A DNA stretch of 51,615 bases from an uncultured Candidatus Saccharibacteria bacterium (GCA_964518965.1 CAZFJP010000001.1:1-51615), one strand, 5' to 3'; positions 1 through 12,175 are shown, numbered from the stretch's first letter. Notes: generated by a model from the sequence alone, not told the origin. Translations and numbers: made by a program.

Positions 1-71
1 GGGTAGAGCAGAGGCAGCTCGTCAGGCTCATAACCTGAAGGTCGCAGGTTCGAATCCTGCCCCCGCAACCA
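1..71 (+). tRNA. tRNA-fMet(CAT), 5' end cut by window edge
   Basis: TCAGG-CTCATAA-CCTGA anticodon arm, GGTTCGAATCC T-loop, 3' CCCCGCAACCA typical of initiator tRNA. Confidence 0.92.
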
Positions 72-79
72 ATTGAAAC

Positions 80-165
80 AAATTAGAAATTAGAATGGAG
101 AAAGTAAGTCAAAAAGTCTTTCTGATTTATTTTCTACATTCTGCATTCTAACTACTTCTACGCTA
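80..165. repeat. Inverted heptamer array
   Basis: AATTAGA AATTAGA ATGGAGA followed by TTTCTAC ATTCTGC ATTCTAA; 80-106 matches 46670-46696 at 26/27 nt. Confidence 0.75.
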
Positions 166-171
166 TTTAGT

Positions 172-247
172 GGCGGCGTAGCTCAGTTGGTAGAGCAGAG
201 GACTCATAAGCCTCGTGTCAGGGGTTCGATTCCCTTCGCCGCTACCA
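172..247 (+). tRNA. tRNA-Met(CAT), probably elongator
   Basis: 76-nt cloverleaf GGCGGCGTAGCTCAG...CTCATAA...GGTTCGATTCC...CGCCGCTACCA; acceptor stem resembles elongator Met more than Ile2. Confidence 0.9.
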
Positions 248-333
248 GTTAAAAAAAGAGTGAAGCCTAAAGGGTAGAAAACAAAAGTAAGTTAAAAAGA
301 GAAATTTTTACCTTTTTACCTTTACCTTGAATA

Positions 334-1503
334 ATGACTAATAGGAAACGTATTTACTTAGATTATGCCGCAACAACTCCGGTAGCTAAAGAAGTTTTAG
401 AAGCAATGCTACCGTATTTTTCCGATAAGTTTGGTAATCCTTCTTCGATTCATAGTCGGGGTCAAGAGGCGAGAAAGGCGCTCAACGATTCTTATCATAG
501 AGTTGCGGAGTTGTTGGGTTGTGGCGTAAGCGAGATTGTTTTTACTAGTGGCGGAACAGAATCAGATAATCTTGCTTTGCGGGGGGTAATGCATGCTGCC
601 GCGAAAGAGGGCAAGAATCATCTGATTGTTTCAAAAATTGAACATCCTGCGGTTTATAAAACAGCGGAAGTTTTAGCGGAAGATGGTTTCAAGGTAGATT
701 TTCTATCAGTTAATGAGGAGGGGACTGTTAAATTAAAAGAATTGGAGAAGCTGATTACTGATAAAACTGCCTTGGTTAGTATTATGTATGCGAATAATGA
801 AATCGGTACCATTGAACCAATTAAGGAGATTAGCGAATTGATTAAACGCAAAAATCCCCACACTCTCTTTCATACTGATGCAATCCAGGCCTTTAATTAC
901 TTGGATTGTTGTGTTGAAAATCTTGGAGTTGATTTGATGTCACTCTCTGCACAAAAGCTTTATGGACCCAAGGGGGTTGGCTTGCTTTATGTCAGGAAGG
1001 GGGTCAGGCTAGATCCTGTTCAAACAGGTGGAGGGCAAGAATTGGGTAAACGTGCTGGAACTGAGAATCTTCCTGGCATTGTAGGAATGGTAAAGGCAAT
1101 GGAGCTTGCGGATCAGGTGAAGATAGCAGAAAAAATGCGCTTGCAGGAACTGCGAAATAGGTTAATTGAAGGTATTCAGTCACGAATTGACGGTGTCCAT
1201 CTTTCGGGAAGTTTGGAGAATCGTCTGCCCAATAATGTTAATTTCTGTTTTGATAGAATTGAAGGAGAGGGGTTGGTAATGAGTCTGGATGTTGAGGGAG
1301 TAATGGTTTCTACTGGCTCAGCTTGCAGTTCCCGCCGCTTGGAACCCTCGCATGTTTTACTTGCTCTAGGTATTAGTCCCAGGTTAGCTCAGGGTAGTTT
1401 ACGTCTTACTCTCGGTCGTGATACTAAAGGAGAAGATATCGATTATGTTCTCTCCATTCTTCCTCCGGTTGTTGATCGCTTACGTTCTATTTCTCCCTTT
1501 TAA
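334..1503 (+). CDS. iscS: Cysteine desulfurase (IscS/NifS family)
   Basis: YLDYAATTP, FTSGGTESDN, SAQKLYGPKG (PLP Lys), STGSACSS (catalytic Cys). Confidence 0.95.
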   Translation: MTNRKRIYLDYAATTPVAKEVLEAMLPYFSDKFGNPSSIHSRGQEARKALNDSYHRVAELLGCGVSEIVFTSGGTESDNLALRGVMHAAAKEGKNHLIVSKIEHPAVYKTAEVLAEDGFKVDFLSVNEEGTVKLKELEKLITDKTALVSIMYANNEIGTIEPIKEISELIKRKNPHTLFHTDAIQAFNYLDCCVENLGVDLMSLSAQKLYGPKGVGLLYVRKGVRLDPVQTGGGQELGKRAGTENLPGIVGMVKAMELADQVKIAEKMRLQELRNRLIEGIQSRIDGVHLSGSLENRLPNNVNFCFDRIEGEGLVMSLDVEGVMVSTGSACSSRRLEPSHVLLALGISPRLAQGSLRLTLGRDTKGEDIDYVLSILPPVVDRLRSISPF

Positions 1504-1530
1504 CTTTTACTTTTTAATTTTTAACTTTTT

Positions 1531-1761
1531 ATGGCTGTTCCCAAACAGAAAACGCCGCGCTCCCGTCAAGGTAGTCGTCTGGCGCAAAAGAAGTTACGAT
1601 CTAAAACTTTAAGTGAATGCCCAAAGTGTAAGCAACCCAGAATTTCTCATATGGCTTGTCTGGAGTGCGGTTTTTATGATGGTAAAGAAGTAATTAAAAT
1701 TGAAACTCTTCAGGAACGCAAAAAACGTCAGGAAAAGCGTGATAGTAAAGTAAATAAATAA
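1531..1761 (+). CDS. rpmF: 50S ribosomal protein L32 (Zn-binding form)
   Basis: MAVPKQK, CPKC...CLECGFY. Confidence 0.95.
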   Translation: MAVPKQKTPRSRQGSRLAQKKLRSKTLSECPKCKQPRISHMACLECGFYDGKEVIKIETLQERKKRQEKRDSKVNK

Positions 1762-1771
1762 TTAAATAGTT

Positions 1772-2245
1772 ATGTCTAGTAGTCGGCATTTAGCAAGAAC
1801 ATTGGCAATGCAGAGTTTGTACGAGTGGGATTTTAGGGGTGGTAGCCTGAAAGAGATTACTGATTACATTATTTGCGAGTTTGGCCGTGGAATTAATAGT
1901 ACTGATTTTACCCAACGTTTAGTTTATGGGACAAAGAAAAACCTTAAAGAGATTGATAAGATCATTCAGAAATGTGCTCCTGAGTGGCCTTTAGACCAAA
2001 TTGCGAAGATTGATAAAGCAATAATGCGCGTGGGGATTTTTGAATTATTGTTTAGCAGCGAAGTTCCACCGAAGGTAGCGATTAATGAAGCAGTAGAAAT
2101 TGCTAAAATTTTTGGGAGCGAGAGTTCCAGCAAGTTTGTGAATGGGGTGCTAGGTACTGTTTATCGGGAGAATGAGGAAGAAATTGAGAAATTACGGAAG
2201 GATCAGGATCAAGAGAAAACAAAGGAAATTTCAAAGGAAAAATAA
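1772..2245 (+). CDS. nusB: Transcription antitermination factor NusB
   Basis: SRHLARTLAMQSLY, PPKVAINEAVEIAK, FVNGVLG. Confidence 0.96.
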   Translation: MSSSRHLARTLAMQSLYEWDFRGGSLKEITDYIICEFGRGINSTDFTQRLVYGTKKNLKEIDKIIQKCAPEWPLDQIAKIDKAIMRVGIFELLFSSEVPPKVAINEAVEIAKIFGSESSSKFVNGVLGTVYRENEEEIEKLRKDQDQEKTKEISKEK

Positions 2246-2255
2246 TTGTTATGTT

Positions 2256-2954
2256 ATGTACGAAGATAAAGATTTTTTCAAGTTAGAAAAAAAATTAGGG
2301 GTCAGGTTTAAGAATCTTGATTTATTAAAACAGGCATTTGTTCATCGTTCTTATCTCAATGAGAATCGTCGTTTTCCGTTGGAACATAATGAACGTTTAG
2401 AATTTTTGGGTGATGCGGTTCTGGAGTTAGTAGTTACGGAATATCTTTACCGTAACTATAAAAATTCCGAGGGAGAGTTGACTAACTGGCGGGCAGCGCT
2501 AGTTAAAGGGGAGAAACTTTCTGAGTTAGCAAAGAAGTTGGGGTATGAGCATTATCTTTACTTAAGTCGTGGTGAGAAAAAAGGTAGTGAAAAAGCACGT
2601 CGTTTAATTCTCGCAAATACTTTCGAGGCAGTATTGGGGGCAATTTATCTTGACCAAGGGATTAAATCTTGTGAGAAGTTAATTAAAGGTTATCTTTTAA
2701 GTGAACTTAGAGAGATTCTTAAGGATAAGTCCTACATTGATGCAAAGACGCGATTGCAAGAGTATTTTCAAGAGCGCAAGGGGATCACACCCCAGTATAT
2801 TTTGTTGGAAGCAAAGGGACCCGATCATAACAAGTATTTTAAGATGGGCGTGGAGGTAGAAGGAAAACGTTTGGGAATCGGAGAAGGGATGAGTAAACAA
2901 AAGGCCGAACAGGAAGCAGCGCACAAGGCACTTCAAAAGTTAGGAGAGCTTTAA
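2256..2954 (+). CDS. rnc: Ribonuclease III
   Basis: NERLEFLGDAVL signature plus dsRBD; start moved to ATG 2256 to avoid overlap with nusB. Confidence 0.95.
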   Translation: MYEDKDFFKLEKKLGVRFKNLDLLKQAFVHRSYLNENRRFPLEHNERLEFLGDAVLELVVTEYLYRNYKNSEGELTNWRAALVKGEKLSELAKKLGYEHYLYLSRGEKKGSEKARRLILANTFEAVLGAIYLDQGIKSCEKLIKGYLLSELREILKDKSYIDAKTRLQEYFQERKGITPQYILLEAKGPDHNKYFKMGVEVEGKRLGIGEGMSKQKAEQEAAHKALQKLGEL

Positions 2955-3433
2955 TGGAGGTTATTATTACTATTGCTTTGGTTTTAATGGCGGTAGGTTT
3001 GTTGGGGATTTTTATCCCTGTTGTGCCGGATGTACCTCTCGTTTTTGGAGGGGTTTTATTTTACGCTGTTTTTAGTCGCTTTCAGCAAATCAGCGAGAAA
3101 GCGCTTTTGATATGGGGGATTATTACAGCGGTAGTTTTTGTTTTGGATTATTTGGTACAAGTGATAGGGGCAAAGAAATGGGGTGCATCTAAGTTGGGAA
3201 CTTTAGGTGCGATTATCGGATTAGTTACGGGAATTAGTTTAGGTGGAATTGTTGGGATTATCATTGGTCCGATTATTGGAGTAATCTTTTTTGAATTATT
3301 GGGCGACCGGAATTTGAAGGAAGCTTTTCGGGCAGGAGTTGGGACATTTTTTGGGTTTGTGTCAGGAGTATTATTGAAAGTTGTTGTTGGAATAGTTATG
3401 GTGGGATGGTTTTTGAAGGTAGTTTTGTTTTGA
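2954..3433 (+). CDS. DUF456-like membrane protein
   Basis: Gly-rich TM helices, GAKKWGASK motif; start overlaps rnc stop (TAATG). Confidence 0.8.
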   Translation: MEVIITIALVLMAVGLLGIFIPVVPDVPLVFGGVLFYAVFSRFQQISEKALLIWGIITAVVFVLDYLVQVIGAKKWGASKLGTLGAIIGLVTGISLGGIVGIIIGPIIGVIFFELLGDRNLKEAFRAGVGTFFGFVSGVLLKVVVGIVMVGWFLKVVLF

Positions 3434-3532
3434 TTATTTGATTATAGGGAGAACAACCTTGCCTCGCTTGCTGTTCTTTGAAGTAATTTGGATTGTTCCT
3501 GCGGGAAAATATCACAAAAATGTCTAAATTTA

Positions 3533-3561
3533 TTGACAAAGAGGCATTTTTTTGATATAAT
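3533..3561 (+). promoter_or_regulatory. Consensus sigma70 promoter with inverted repeat flanking -35
   Basis: TTGACA-17-TATAAT with extended TG; AAAAATGTCT (3516) / AGGCATTTTT (3542). Confidence 0.85.
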
Positions 3562-3598
3562 TAAATAACAAGTTAAAAATTAATAAACAAAAACAAAT

Positions 3599-4405
3599 AT
3601 GGACACGATTCCAAATCACCCTAATTTAGGGGCAAATTCCGACCATCCTTTTGATAATGCTCAATTTAATCCTAGTAGTAGTAATGTTTCTCAAAAGAGT
3701 TATTTTGAGCCGCAGAGAACGGTTATTGAAACTCCTGCGTTATTATCTGGCAAACCTTTCTCAAAGAACACTTCCGGGGTACAGGTTTTTGGTAAGGGCA
3801 ATCAGGCGAAAGCACAATTCAATTTACCGAAGAAAAAGAGCCGCAAGAAAGTTTTAATTGGAATGTTAATTTCGATTTTGATTTTAGCCGGTGGAGCAGT
3901 TGGATTCAGTATTTATTATTTCAATCAGCCAAGCAAAGCGGCAGTTAATCCAGAAACTACCCCCACTAATCAGATTACGGATTATACTACTTTAAAAGAA
4001 AATGACTTGGTAAAGTTTGGTGATGAAGCAACTACTTTTAAAGTGAAAGGTAAGATTTGGTTGGATAATCTTTCTCATCCCAAGGAAGCAACAAAGGCCT
4101 ATGTTTATCTTGAATCTGTTTCCGGAGGTGGTTCTACAATTAAGACTCTGAAAGCTGGTGATCGAATTACTTTTAATGGTCAGTCTGCGATTTATGTAGT
4201 TGATAAGTTTGAATTTAATTTGGGTAAAGCGGAGAAATCTACCCGTGTCACAATTGTGATTCACGAGATTAACAAAAGTGCGACTACTTTGCAGTCAAAT
4301 ACCTCAGCGGGAGAAAGTACTACTAAAACTGGGGAGACGACTACTTCTGAAAATACTTCTGGGACCATTTCAGAGATGACCAGTAGTACTGAAACAACTC
4401 AGTAG
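3599..4405 (+). CDS. Hypothetical single-pass membrane protein with tandem ~52-aa repeat and Ser/Thr tail
   Basis: KKKSRKK then TM helix; TLKEND.../TLKAGD... repeats; own promoter and terminator. Confidence 0.75.
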   Translation: MDTIPNHPNLGANSDHPFDNAQFNPSSSNVSQKSYFEPQRTVIETPALLSGKPFSKNTSGVQVFGKGNQAKAQFNLPKKKSRKKVLIGMLISILILAGGAVGFSIYYFNQPSKAAVNPETTPTNQITDYTTLKENDLVKFGDEATTFKVKGKIWLDNLSHPKEATKAYVYLESVSGGGSTIKTLKAGDRITFNGQSAIYVVDKFEFNLGKAEKSTRVTIVIHEINKSATTLQSNTSAGESTTKTGETTTSENTSGTISEMTSSTETTQ

Positions 4406-4440
4406 AACTGTTTAATCTACAACCTGAAAGTGCTATAATG

Positions 4441-4468
4441 AAGCAGGGATTTCCCCCCTGCTTTTTCT
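4441..4468 (+). terminator. Intrinsic terminator
   Basis: AAGCAGGG-loop-CCCTGCTT followed by T-run. Confidence 0.8.
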
Positions 4469-4477
4469 TTACTTAGC

Positions 4478-4506
4478 TTGATTTTTAAGTACCGAATCGC
4501 TACAAT
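4478..4506 (+). promoter_or_regulatory. smc promoter
   Basis: TTGATT-17-TACAAT. Confidence 0.65.
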
Positions 4507-4553
4507 GATTACTAATCATTTTTAACTTTTTCTATTTAGTTTTAATATTTCTG

Positions 4554-7148
4554 ATGTATTTAAAGAAACTTGAACTTCAAGGTTTTAAGTCGTTTGCACG
4601 AAAAACAGTGCTCGATTTTGAAGCAGGTAAAATGAATGGTCGCCGTATTGCTGCAATTGTTGGCCCTAATGGAAGTGGTAAAAGTAATATTGCAGACGCA
4701 GTGCGGTGGGTTTTAGGTGAGCAGAGTTTGAAAATGTTGCGTGGAAAGAAGGCGGAAGATATTATTTTTGCTGGTACGGACAAGAAAGCACGCTTGGGGG
4801 CAGCGGAAGTTTCTCTTTATCTAGATAACAGTGATCATAAAATGCCAATTGATTATGAGGAAGTGGTTTTAACACGTAGGGTTTTTCGTGATGGCAATAG
4901 TGAATATTTAATTAATCAGAATGCAGTACGGCGTTTTGATGTGGTTGAACTTTTAGCAAAATCTGGTTTTGGTCAGGCAACTTACGCGGTGGTAGGACAA
5001 GGAATGGTAGATGCAGTATTATCGGCAACACCAGTAGAACGCAAGATAATGTTTGAGGAAGCGACAGGTGTCAAGAAATATTATCTTAAACGCGATCGAG
5101 CAATTCGGAAGCTAGAGCATGCGAGGGATAATTTGATTCGGATTAAGGATATTGTTACTGAACTGGAACCTCGTTTGCGTGTCTTGAAACGACAGGCGAA
5201 ACGAGCACAAGAACGTGGGCAGGTGGAGAAGGAGTTAAAATCTGTGCAGAGAAATTATTATACTCTGGTTTATAATGAACTTAATAACCAATTGCAATCG
5301 GTTTTGAAAAAGTTTAACTACTATCAAAACCAGATTGATATTAGAAAAAGAGAATTAATGCAGTTGAATGAGGAGATTGGAAGGTTAGATGCGGCGACAA
5401 AGAATGCAATGGATTTAGATCAGTCAAAACAGGAAGAACTTGTGGTATTGGAAGAGAAACAGTTAGCTTTGCGCCAAAAATTAGCAGTTATTCAGGGGAA
5501 AATTGAGGCAGAGGAAGAACGCGGTGGGGAAAATCCCGAACTAATTCGAGCAAAAATTGATGCGCTTAGGGGTGAAGTTATGAAAATGCAAAATGATATT
5601 AATGATGTTAAAGGAGAGCAAGAAAAAATTAATCAGGCTATTTTATTTATTGGTAATAAAAAGCAAAAGCTAGCTAAGCAGCTTGCTGTCCAAAAAGAGG
5701 AGTTAACTGCATTACAGCAAATGACTCAAGATGGAAGCAAATTGGATGTGGGTTTTCTCAAGTCTGAAGTGAGAACAATTTTGGATGATCAATCCTTGCT
5801 GTTAAGTAAGATTAGTAATATTCAGAATCTCTCGGAATTAGAGGGAGTGAAACAATTAGCAAGTAAAACCAAGGATAGGTTGACTAATCTTGCTGAGTCA
5901 TTAGAAAAAATAGGACAAGAAGATGTGCGGGATCAATTTGTAGCAGTTCAGGAGAAAATTAACCGATTGATTGAAGAAAAAGAAAAGTTGAACCAAGAAG
6001 AAAACGAAGAGAAGATTAAATTAGCAAAATTAGAACAAAAACAAGAACTCTTGAATAATGAGATTGATGAGAAACAAAGCAAACTAGACGAATTGAATTT
6101 ACGTGTTGACCAAACTAAGAATTCGAAAAATGTAGTTATTACTAACCTCTTGAAGAAACAGAAAGAAAACCAGGAGTCTTTGCATGAAGTAGAATCACAA
6201 CTTGCAGTAGTTCGCAGAGCGTTAAGTTCTCAAAATGAAGAATATCAAACCAAACGTCACGAATTATTAGATAAAGAGAGAGAAGTACAAGTAAAACAAC
6301 GGGAGGTTGAAAAGTTACAGCTAAGTCAGAATCAAATTTCAGTAGAAAAAGTTCGTTTTGAGACCCGGTTAGAGGACTTGAAAATTGAAATTGAAAAGGA
6401 ATTGGGTTCCGAATTCTCTGTAGGATCAAGTCGTGGTCTGTCCGATTCTCAGAGAGGAGAACTAGAAGCTCAAATCCAAAAATTGAAACGTCGATTAGAA
6501 TTAAGTGGCGGAATTGATCCGGAAGTGATTGTAGAATATGAGGAATGTCAGGAACGTTATGATTTCTTAACTAAACAGTCCGAAGATTTGCGTGCGGCTT
6601 CCCAGTCATTAAATGAAGTAATTAAAAAGCTGGATGCAATGATCAAGAAGCAGTTTAATGAGTATTTTAGTCGGATTTCTCTTGAGTTTAACCACTATTT
6701 TAAGGTTTTATTCGGTGGCGGTGATGCTAATTTGATTTTAAAAGAGGATAAGGAGTTAGGAGAAAATGTAGTGGAAATTGAAGCACATCTGCCGGGTAAG
6801 CGAATTAAAACGATTAGTTCTTTGTCGGGAGGCGAGCGAGCATTAACCTCGGTTGCACTCTTATTTGCAATCTTAGCAGTTAACCCTAGTCCTTTTTGTG
6901 TCTTGGATGAAGTAGATGCCGCACTAGATGAAGCAAACAGCAAAAAATTTGGTGAGATTCTAGAATCGCTTTCCGAGCGGACGCAATTTATCTTAATTAC
7001 CCATAATCGTGAAACAATGCGTCGCTCTTATTTACTCTATGGAGTTACCATGGAAGAGAGCGGAGTTTCGAGATTATTGGGTATTAAGTTAGAGGAGGGA
7101 GAGGAATTGGTAAAACAACGGAAAGATTACCAACAACAGAGTAAATAG
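4554..7148 (+). CDS. smc: SMC family ATPase, short (864 aa), no recognisable hinge
   Basis: MYLKKLELQGFKSFA, GPNGSGKSN, LSGGE, LDEVDAALD, ITHN, long coiled coil. Confidence 0.9.
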   Translation: MYLKKLELQGFKSFARKTVLDFEAGKMNGRRIAAIVGPNGSGKSNIADAVRWVLGEQSLKMLRGKKAEDIIFAGTDKKARLGAAEVSLYLDNSDHKMPIDYEEVVLTRRVFRDGNSEYLINQNAVRRFDVVELLAKSGFGQATYAVVGQGMVDAVLSATPVERKIMFEEATGVKKYYLKRDRAIRKLEHARDNLIRIKDIVTELEPRLRVLKRQAKRAQERGQVEKELKSVQRNYYTLVYNELNNQLQSVLKKFNYYQNQIDIRKRELMQLNEEIGRLDAATKNAMDLDQSKQEELVVLEEKQLALRQKLAVIQGKIEAEEERGGENPELIRAKIDALRGEVMKMQNDINDVKGEQEKINQAILFIGNKKQKLAKQLAVQKEELTALQQMTQDGSKLDVGFLKSEVRTILDDQSLLLSKISNIQNLSELEGVKQLASKTKDRLTNLAESLEKIGQEDVRDQFVAVQEKINRLIEEKEKLNQEENEEKIKLAKLEQKQELLNNEIDEKQSKLDELNLRVDQTKNSKNVVITNLLKKQKENQESLHEVESQLAVVRRALSSQNEEYQTKRHELLDKEREVQVKQREVEKLQLSQNQISVEKVRFETRLEDLKIEIEKELGSEFSVGSSRGLSDSQRGELEAQIQKLKRRLELSGGIDPEVIVEYEECQERYDFLTKQSEDLRAASQSLNEVIKKLDAMIKKQFNEYFSRISLEFNHYFKVLFGGGDANLILKEDKELGENVVEIEAHLPGKRIKTISSLSGGERALTSVALLFAILAVNPSPFCVLDEVDAALDEANSKKFGEILESLSERTQFILITHNRETMRRSYLLYGVTMEESGVSRLLGIKLEEGEELVKQRKDYQQQSK

Positions 7149-7366
7149 AACCGCTTGTTGAAAAAATTGTTTTCCAGGAAAGACAAAAATAGCCTTAAGA
7201 AGGAAGAAGAGAGAGCATGGTAGAACTGCAAGACAAGTTTTTGCTTGGTTCAGGGACTATATTAATTATTGCTGGGAGATCAATTGTAGAAAAGTTTTTG
7301 AGATCTCAATTAGGGAGTGCTCTACTGCTTATGTCAGATTTTAATTGGATAGGGTTTCTGTTTTTT

Positions 7367-7393
7367 AAACCCACCGGGAGGTGGGTTTTTTCT
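7367..7393 (+). terminator. Intrinsic terminator
   Basis: AAACCCACC-GGGA-GGTGGGTTT followed by T-run. Confidence 0.85.
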
Positions 7394-7464
7394 TTGTTGA
7401 AAATCTAGTCAAATGATGGGGTCAAAAAATGCCAATTTATCCTCAATTCACGCCAAAAACTGGC

Positions 7465-7493
7465 TTGTAGGATTGATGATTTTATGCTAAGAT
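7465..7493 (+). promoter_or_regulatory. gyrB promoter
   Basis: TTGTAG-17-TAAGAT with extended TG. Confidence 0.55.
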
Positions 7494-7495
7494 AA

Positions 7496-9658
<2,163 letters not shown>

Positions 9659-9668
9659 TATTTAATTA

Positions 9669-9730
9669 AATGTAAAATGGATAATGGAGAATGTTGAACA
9701 TTATCCATTATACATTCTACATTCTATATT
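9669..9730. repeat. Inverted heptamer array
   Basis: AATGTAA AATGGAT AATGGAG AATGTTG / ATTATCC ATTATAC ATTCTAC ATTCTAT. Confidence 0.85.
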
Positions 9731-9737
9731 GTTCTAG

Positions 9738-12164
9738 ATGTTTACTAACGACAAGATAAAACCAAGATTGATTACGACTGAAATGGAACAGTCCTATCTG
9801 GACTACGCTATGTCGGTTATTATTGCACGTGCTTTACCCGATGTCCGTGATGGTTTGAAACCAGTTCATCGTCGTATTCTTTATGCAATGCATTCTTTGG
9901 GATTGAAATATTCTGGGAAATTTCGTAAAAGTGCGACAGTTGTCGGGGAAGTTTTAGGTAAATACCATCCGCATGGCGATCTTGCAGTTTATGAATCTTT
10001 AGTGCGTATGGCGCAGGATTTTTCAATGCGTTATCCGTTAGTTGCGGGACAGGGTAACTTTGGTTCTATGGATGGTGATAATGCTGCGGCGATGCGTTAT
10101 ACCGAAGCAAAAACGGCGCAAATTACTGATGAACTGTTGGTTGATATTGAAAAGGAAACTGTTGATTTTATTCCTAATTATGATGGTTCGAAGAAAGAAC
10201 CCAAGGTTTTACCGGCAAAATTACCGCAATTACTTTTGAACGGTACAATGGGTATTGCGGTTGGAATGGCAACAAATATTCCGCCGCATAATTTACGAGA
10301 AGTAGTAGATAGTATTGTTTATTTGATTGAACATCCGGATTCTTCCGTGCGGGATTTAATGCAGTTTGTCAAAGGTCCTGATTTCCCGACCGGAGGGATT
10401 GTTTATAACGAAAAAGATATTGAAGCTGCTTATGCAACTGGCAAAGGCAAAATTGTCGTTCGTGGCAAAGCGGTAATTGAGGAAGTCAAGAAGGATCGTT
10501 TTCGTATTGTAATTACTGAAATTCCTTACCAAGTAAATAAAGCGGAAATGCTGGCAAAAATTGCTAATTTGGTCAAAGAGAAAAAAATTGTTGGCGTTCA
10601 GGATTTACGCGATGAGTCCAATAAAGACGGAATCCAGGTTGTTTTGGAGCTTAGAAAAGGCGCTTTTCCAAACAAAATTTTAAATCAGCTTTATAAATAT
10701 ACCAGCTTACAGGATTCCTTCCATGTGAATATGCTTGCTCTTATTGACGGCATTCAGCCGCAAGTGATGAGTTTGAAGATGATTTTGGAGGAGTACATCA
10801 AGCATCGCAAGGTAGTGGTTACTCGTCGTACTCAATTTGAATTAAAGAAAGCAAAAGAACGTTTGCATATTTTGGAAGGATTGAAAATTGCTTTGGATCA
10901 TTTGGATGCAGTGATTAAAACAATTCGTGCTTCCAAAACCAAAGAAGATGCTCATAAGAATTTGATGAGGAAGTTTAAGCTCTCTGATCGGCAGTCGCAA
11001 GCAATTCTAGAAATGAAATTGCAATCCTTGGCAGCATTAGAGCGGAAGAAAGTGGAAGATGAATATGAAGAGAAGAAAAGGTTGATTGCGGAATTAGAAC
11101 TAATCTTAAAAAGTCCCCAAAAGATTCTAGGGATTATCAAAAGAGAACTCATCGAGCTTAAAAATAAATATGGCGATGATCGTCGCACAGAAGTAGTCAG
11201 ACAGCCGGTTGGTCATTTTGTGCAAGAGGATTTAGTGGCGAACGATCCGATGATTGTTATTTTGACTAAGAGTGGTTATATCAAACGTTTGGCACCCTCT
11301 GTTTATCATGCTCAAAAACGTGGTGGTAAAGGAGTAAGAGGGGTAACTACCCGAGAAGAGGATGTTGTGGAAGAATTAATTTTCACTAATACCCATGATG
11401 ACATTTTGTTCTTCAGTAACAGTGGTAAAGTTTTTCAAGCCAAGGTTTATGAAATTCCAGAAGCAAGTCGTACTGCCAAGGGGCAGTCAGTAATGAATTT
11501 CTTGCAAATGGGAATGGATGAAAAAATTACTGCAGTAGTTAATATTCCTAAGGAAAAGCCATTTAGGTATTTAATGATGATTACCTATAAAGGTGTGGTG
11601 AAAAAAGTTTCTGTGGAAGATTTCAAGCATGTTCGTCGTAGTGGTTTGATTGCGATTAAATTACGACCAGATGATTTCTTGGGATGGGTTTGTGGTACTA
11701 CTTCCGATTGCGAAATTATTTTAGCGACTGCAAATGGTCAAGCGATTCGTTTTAAAGAATCGCAAGTGCGACCGATAGGTCGTAATGCTAGTGGAGTAAG
11801 AGGTATTAGATTAAAAGGTGATGATTATGTTATTGGTGCAAGTAACATTCTAGATCCAAATGCGGATTTGTTAATTGTTACTGAAAATGGTTTTGGGAAG
11901 CGGACAGAATTAAATAAATATAAGGTTCAGGCACGAGGCGGAAGTGGAATTAAGACCGCGAAAATAACCGAGCGCAATGGTAAACTAGTAGATATGCGAA
12001 TTGTTCCAAGTGAGGAAGTAGATTTGATTGCCATTAGTAGTAAAGGACAAATTATTCGTTTACCGATAAAAGGGATCTCCAAACAAGGCAGAGCGACGCA
12101 AGGAGTGCGGATCATGAGGTTAGATGCAGGGGATAAGGTGGCATCGGTGACGTTGGTGGGCTAA
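9738..12164 (+). CDS. gyrA: DNA gyrase subunit A
   Basis: [23 protein letters not shown], GyrA-box QKRGGKG, pinwheel CTD. Confidence 0.97.
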   Translation: MFTNDKIKPRLITTEMEQSYLDYAMSVIIARALPDVRDGLKPVHRRILYAMHSLGLKYSGKFRKSATVVGEVLGKYHPHGDLAVYESLVRMAQDFSMRYPLVAGQGNFGSMDGDNAAAMRYTEAKTAQITDELLVDIEKETVDFIPNYDGSKKEPKVLPAKLPQLLLNGTMGIAVGMATNIPPHNLREVVDSIVYLIEHPDSSVRDLMQFVKGPDFPTGGIVYNEKDIEAAYATGKGKIVVRGKAVIEEVKKDRFRIVITEIPYQVNKAEMLAKIANLVKEKKIVGVQDLRDESNKDGIQVVLELRKGAFPNKILNQLYKYTSLQDSFHVNMLALIDGIQPQVMSLKMILEEYIKHRKVVVTRRTQFELKKAKERLHILEGLKIALDHLDAVIKTIRASKTKEDAHKNLMRKFKLSDRQSQAILEMKLQSLAALERKKVEDEYEEKKRLIAELELILKSPQKILGIIKRELIELKNKYGDDRRTEVVRQPVGHFVQEDLVANDPMIVILTKSGYIKRLAPSVYHAQKRGGKGVRGVTTREEDVVEELIFTNTHDDILFFSNSGKVFQAKVYEIPEASRTAKGQSVMNFLQMGMDEKITAVVNIPKEKPFRYLMMITYKGVVKKVSVEDFKHVRRSGLIAIKLRPDDFLGWVCGTTSDCEIILATANGQAIRFKESQVRPIGRNASGVRGIRLKGDDYVIGASNILDPNADLLIVTENGFGKRTELNKYKVQARGGSGIKTAKITERNGKLVDMRIVPSEEVDLIAISSKGQIIRLPIKGISKQGRATQGVRIMRLDAGDKVASVTLVG

Positions 12165-12175
12165 CAATCTTTATT

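Noticed and set aside
3640-3665. PFDNAQ peptide as an eroded palindromic insert
   Set aside because: The DNA is AT-rich with no hairpin left, and the match is too short to support.
7217-7408. 63-aa ORF as a confident CDS
   Set aside because: It reads through a strong terminator and has no recognisable motif; kept only as an alternative to the RNA hypothesis.
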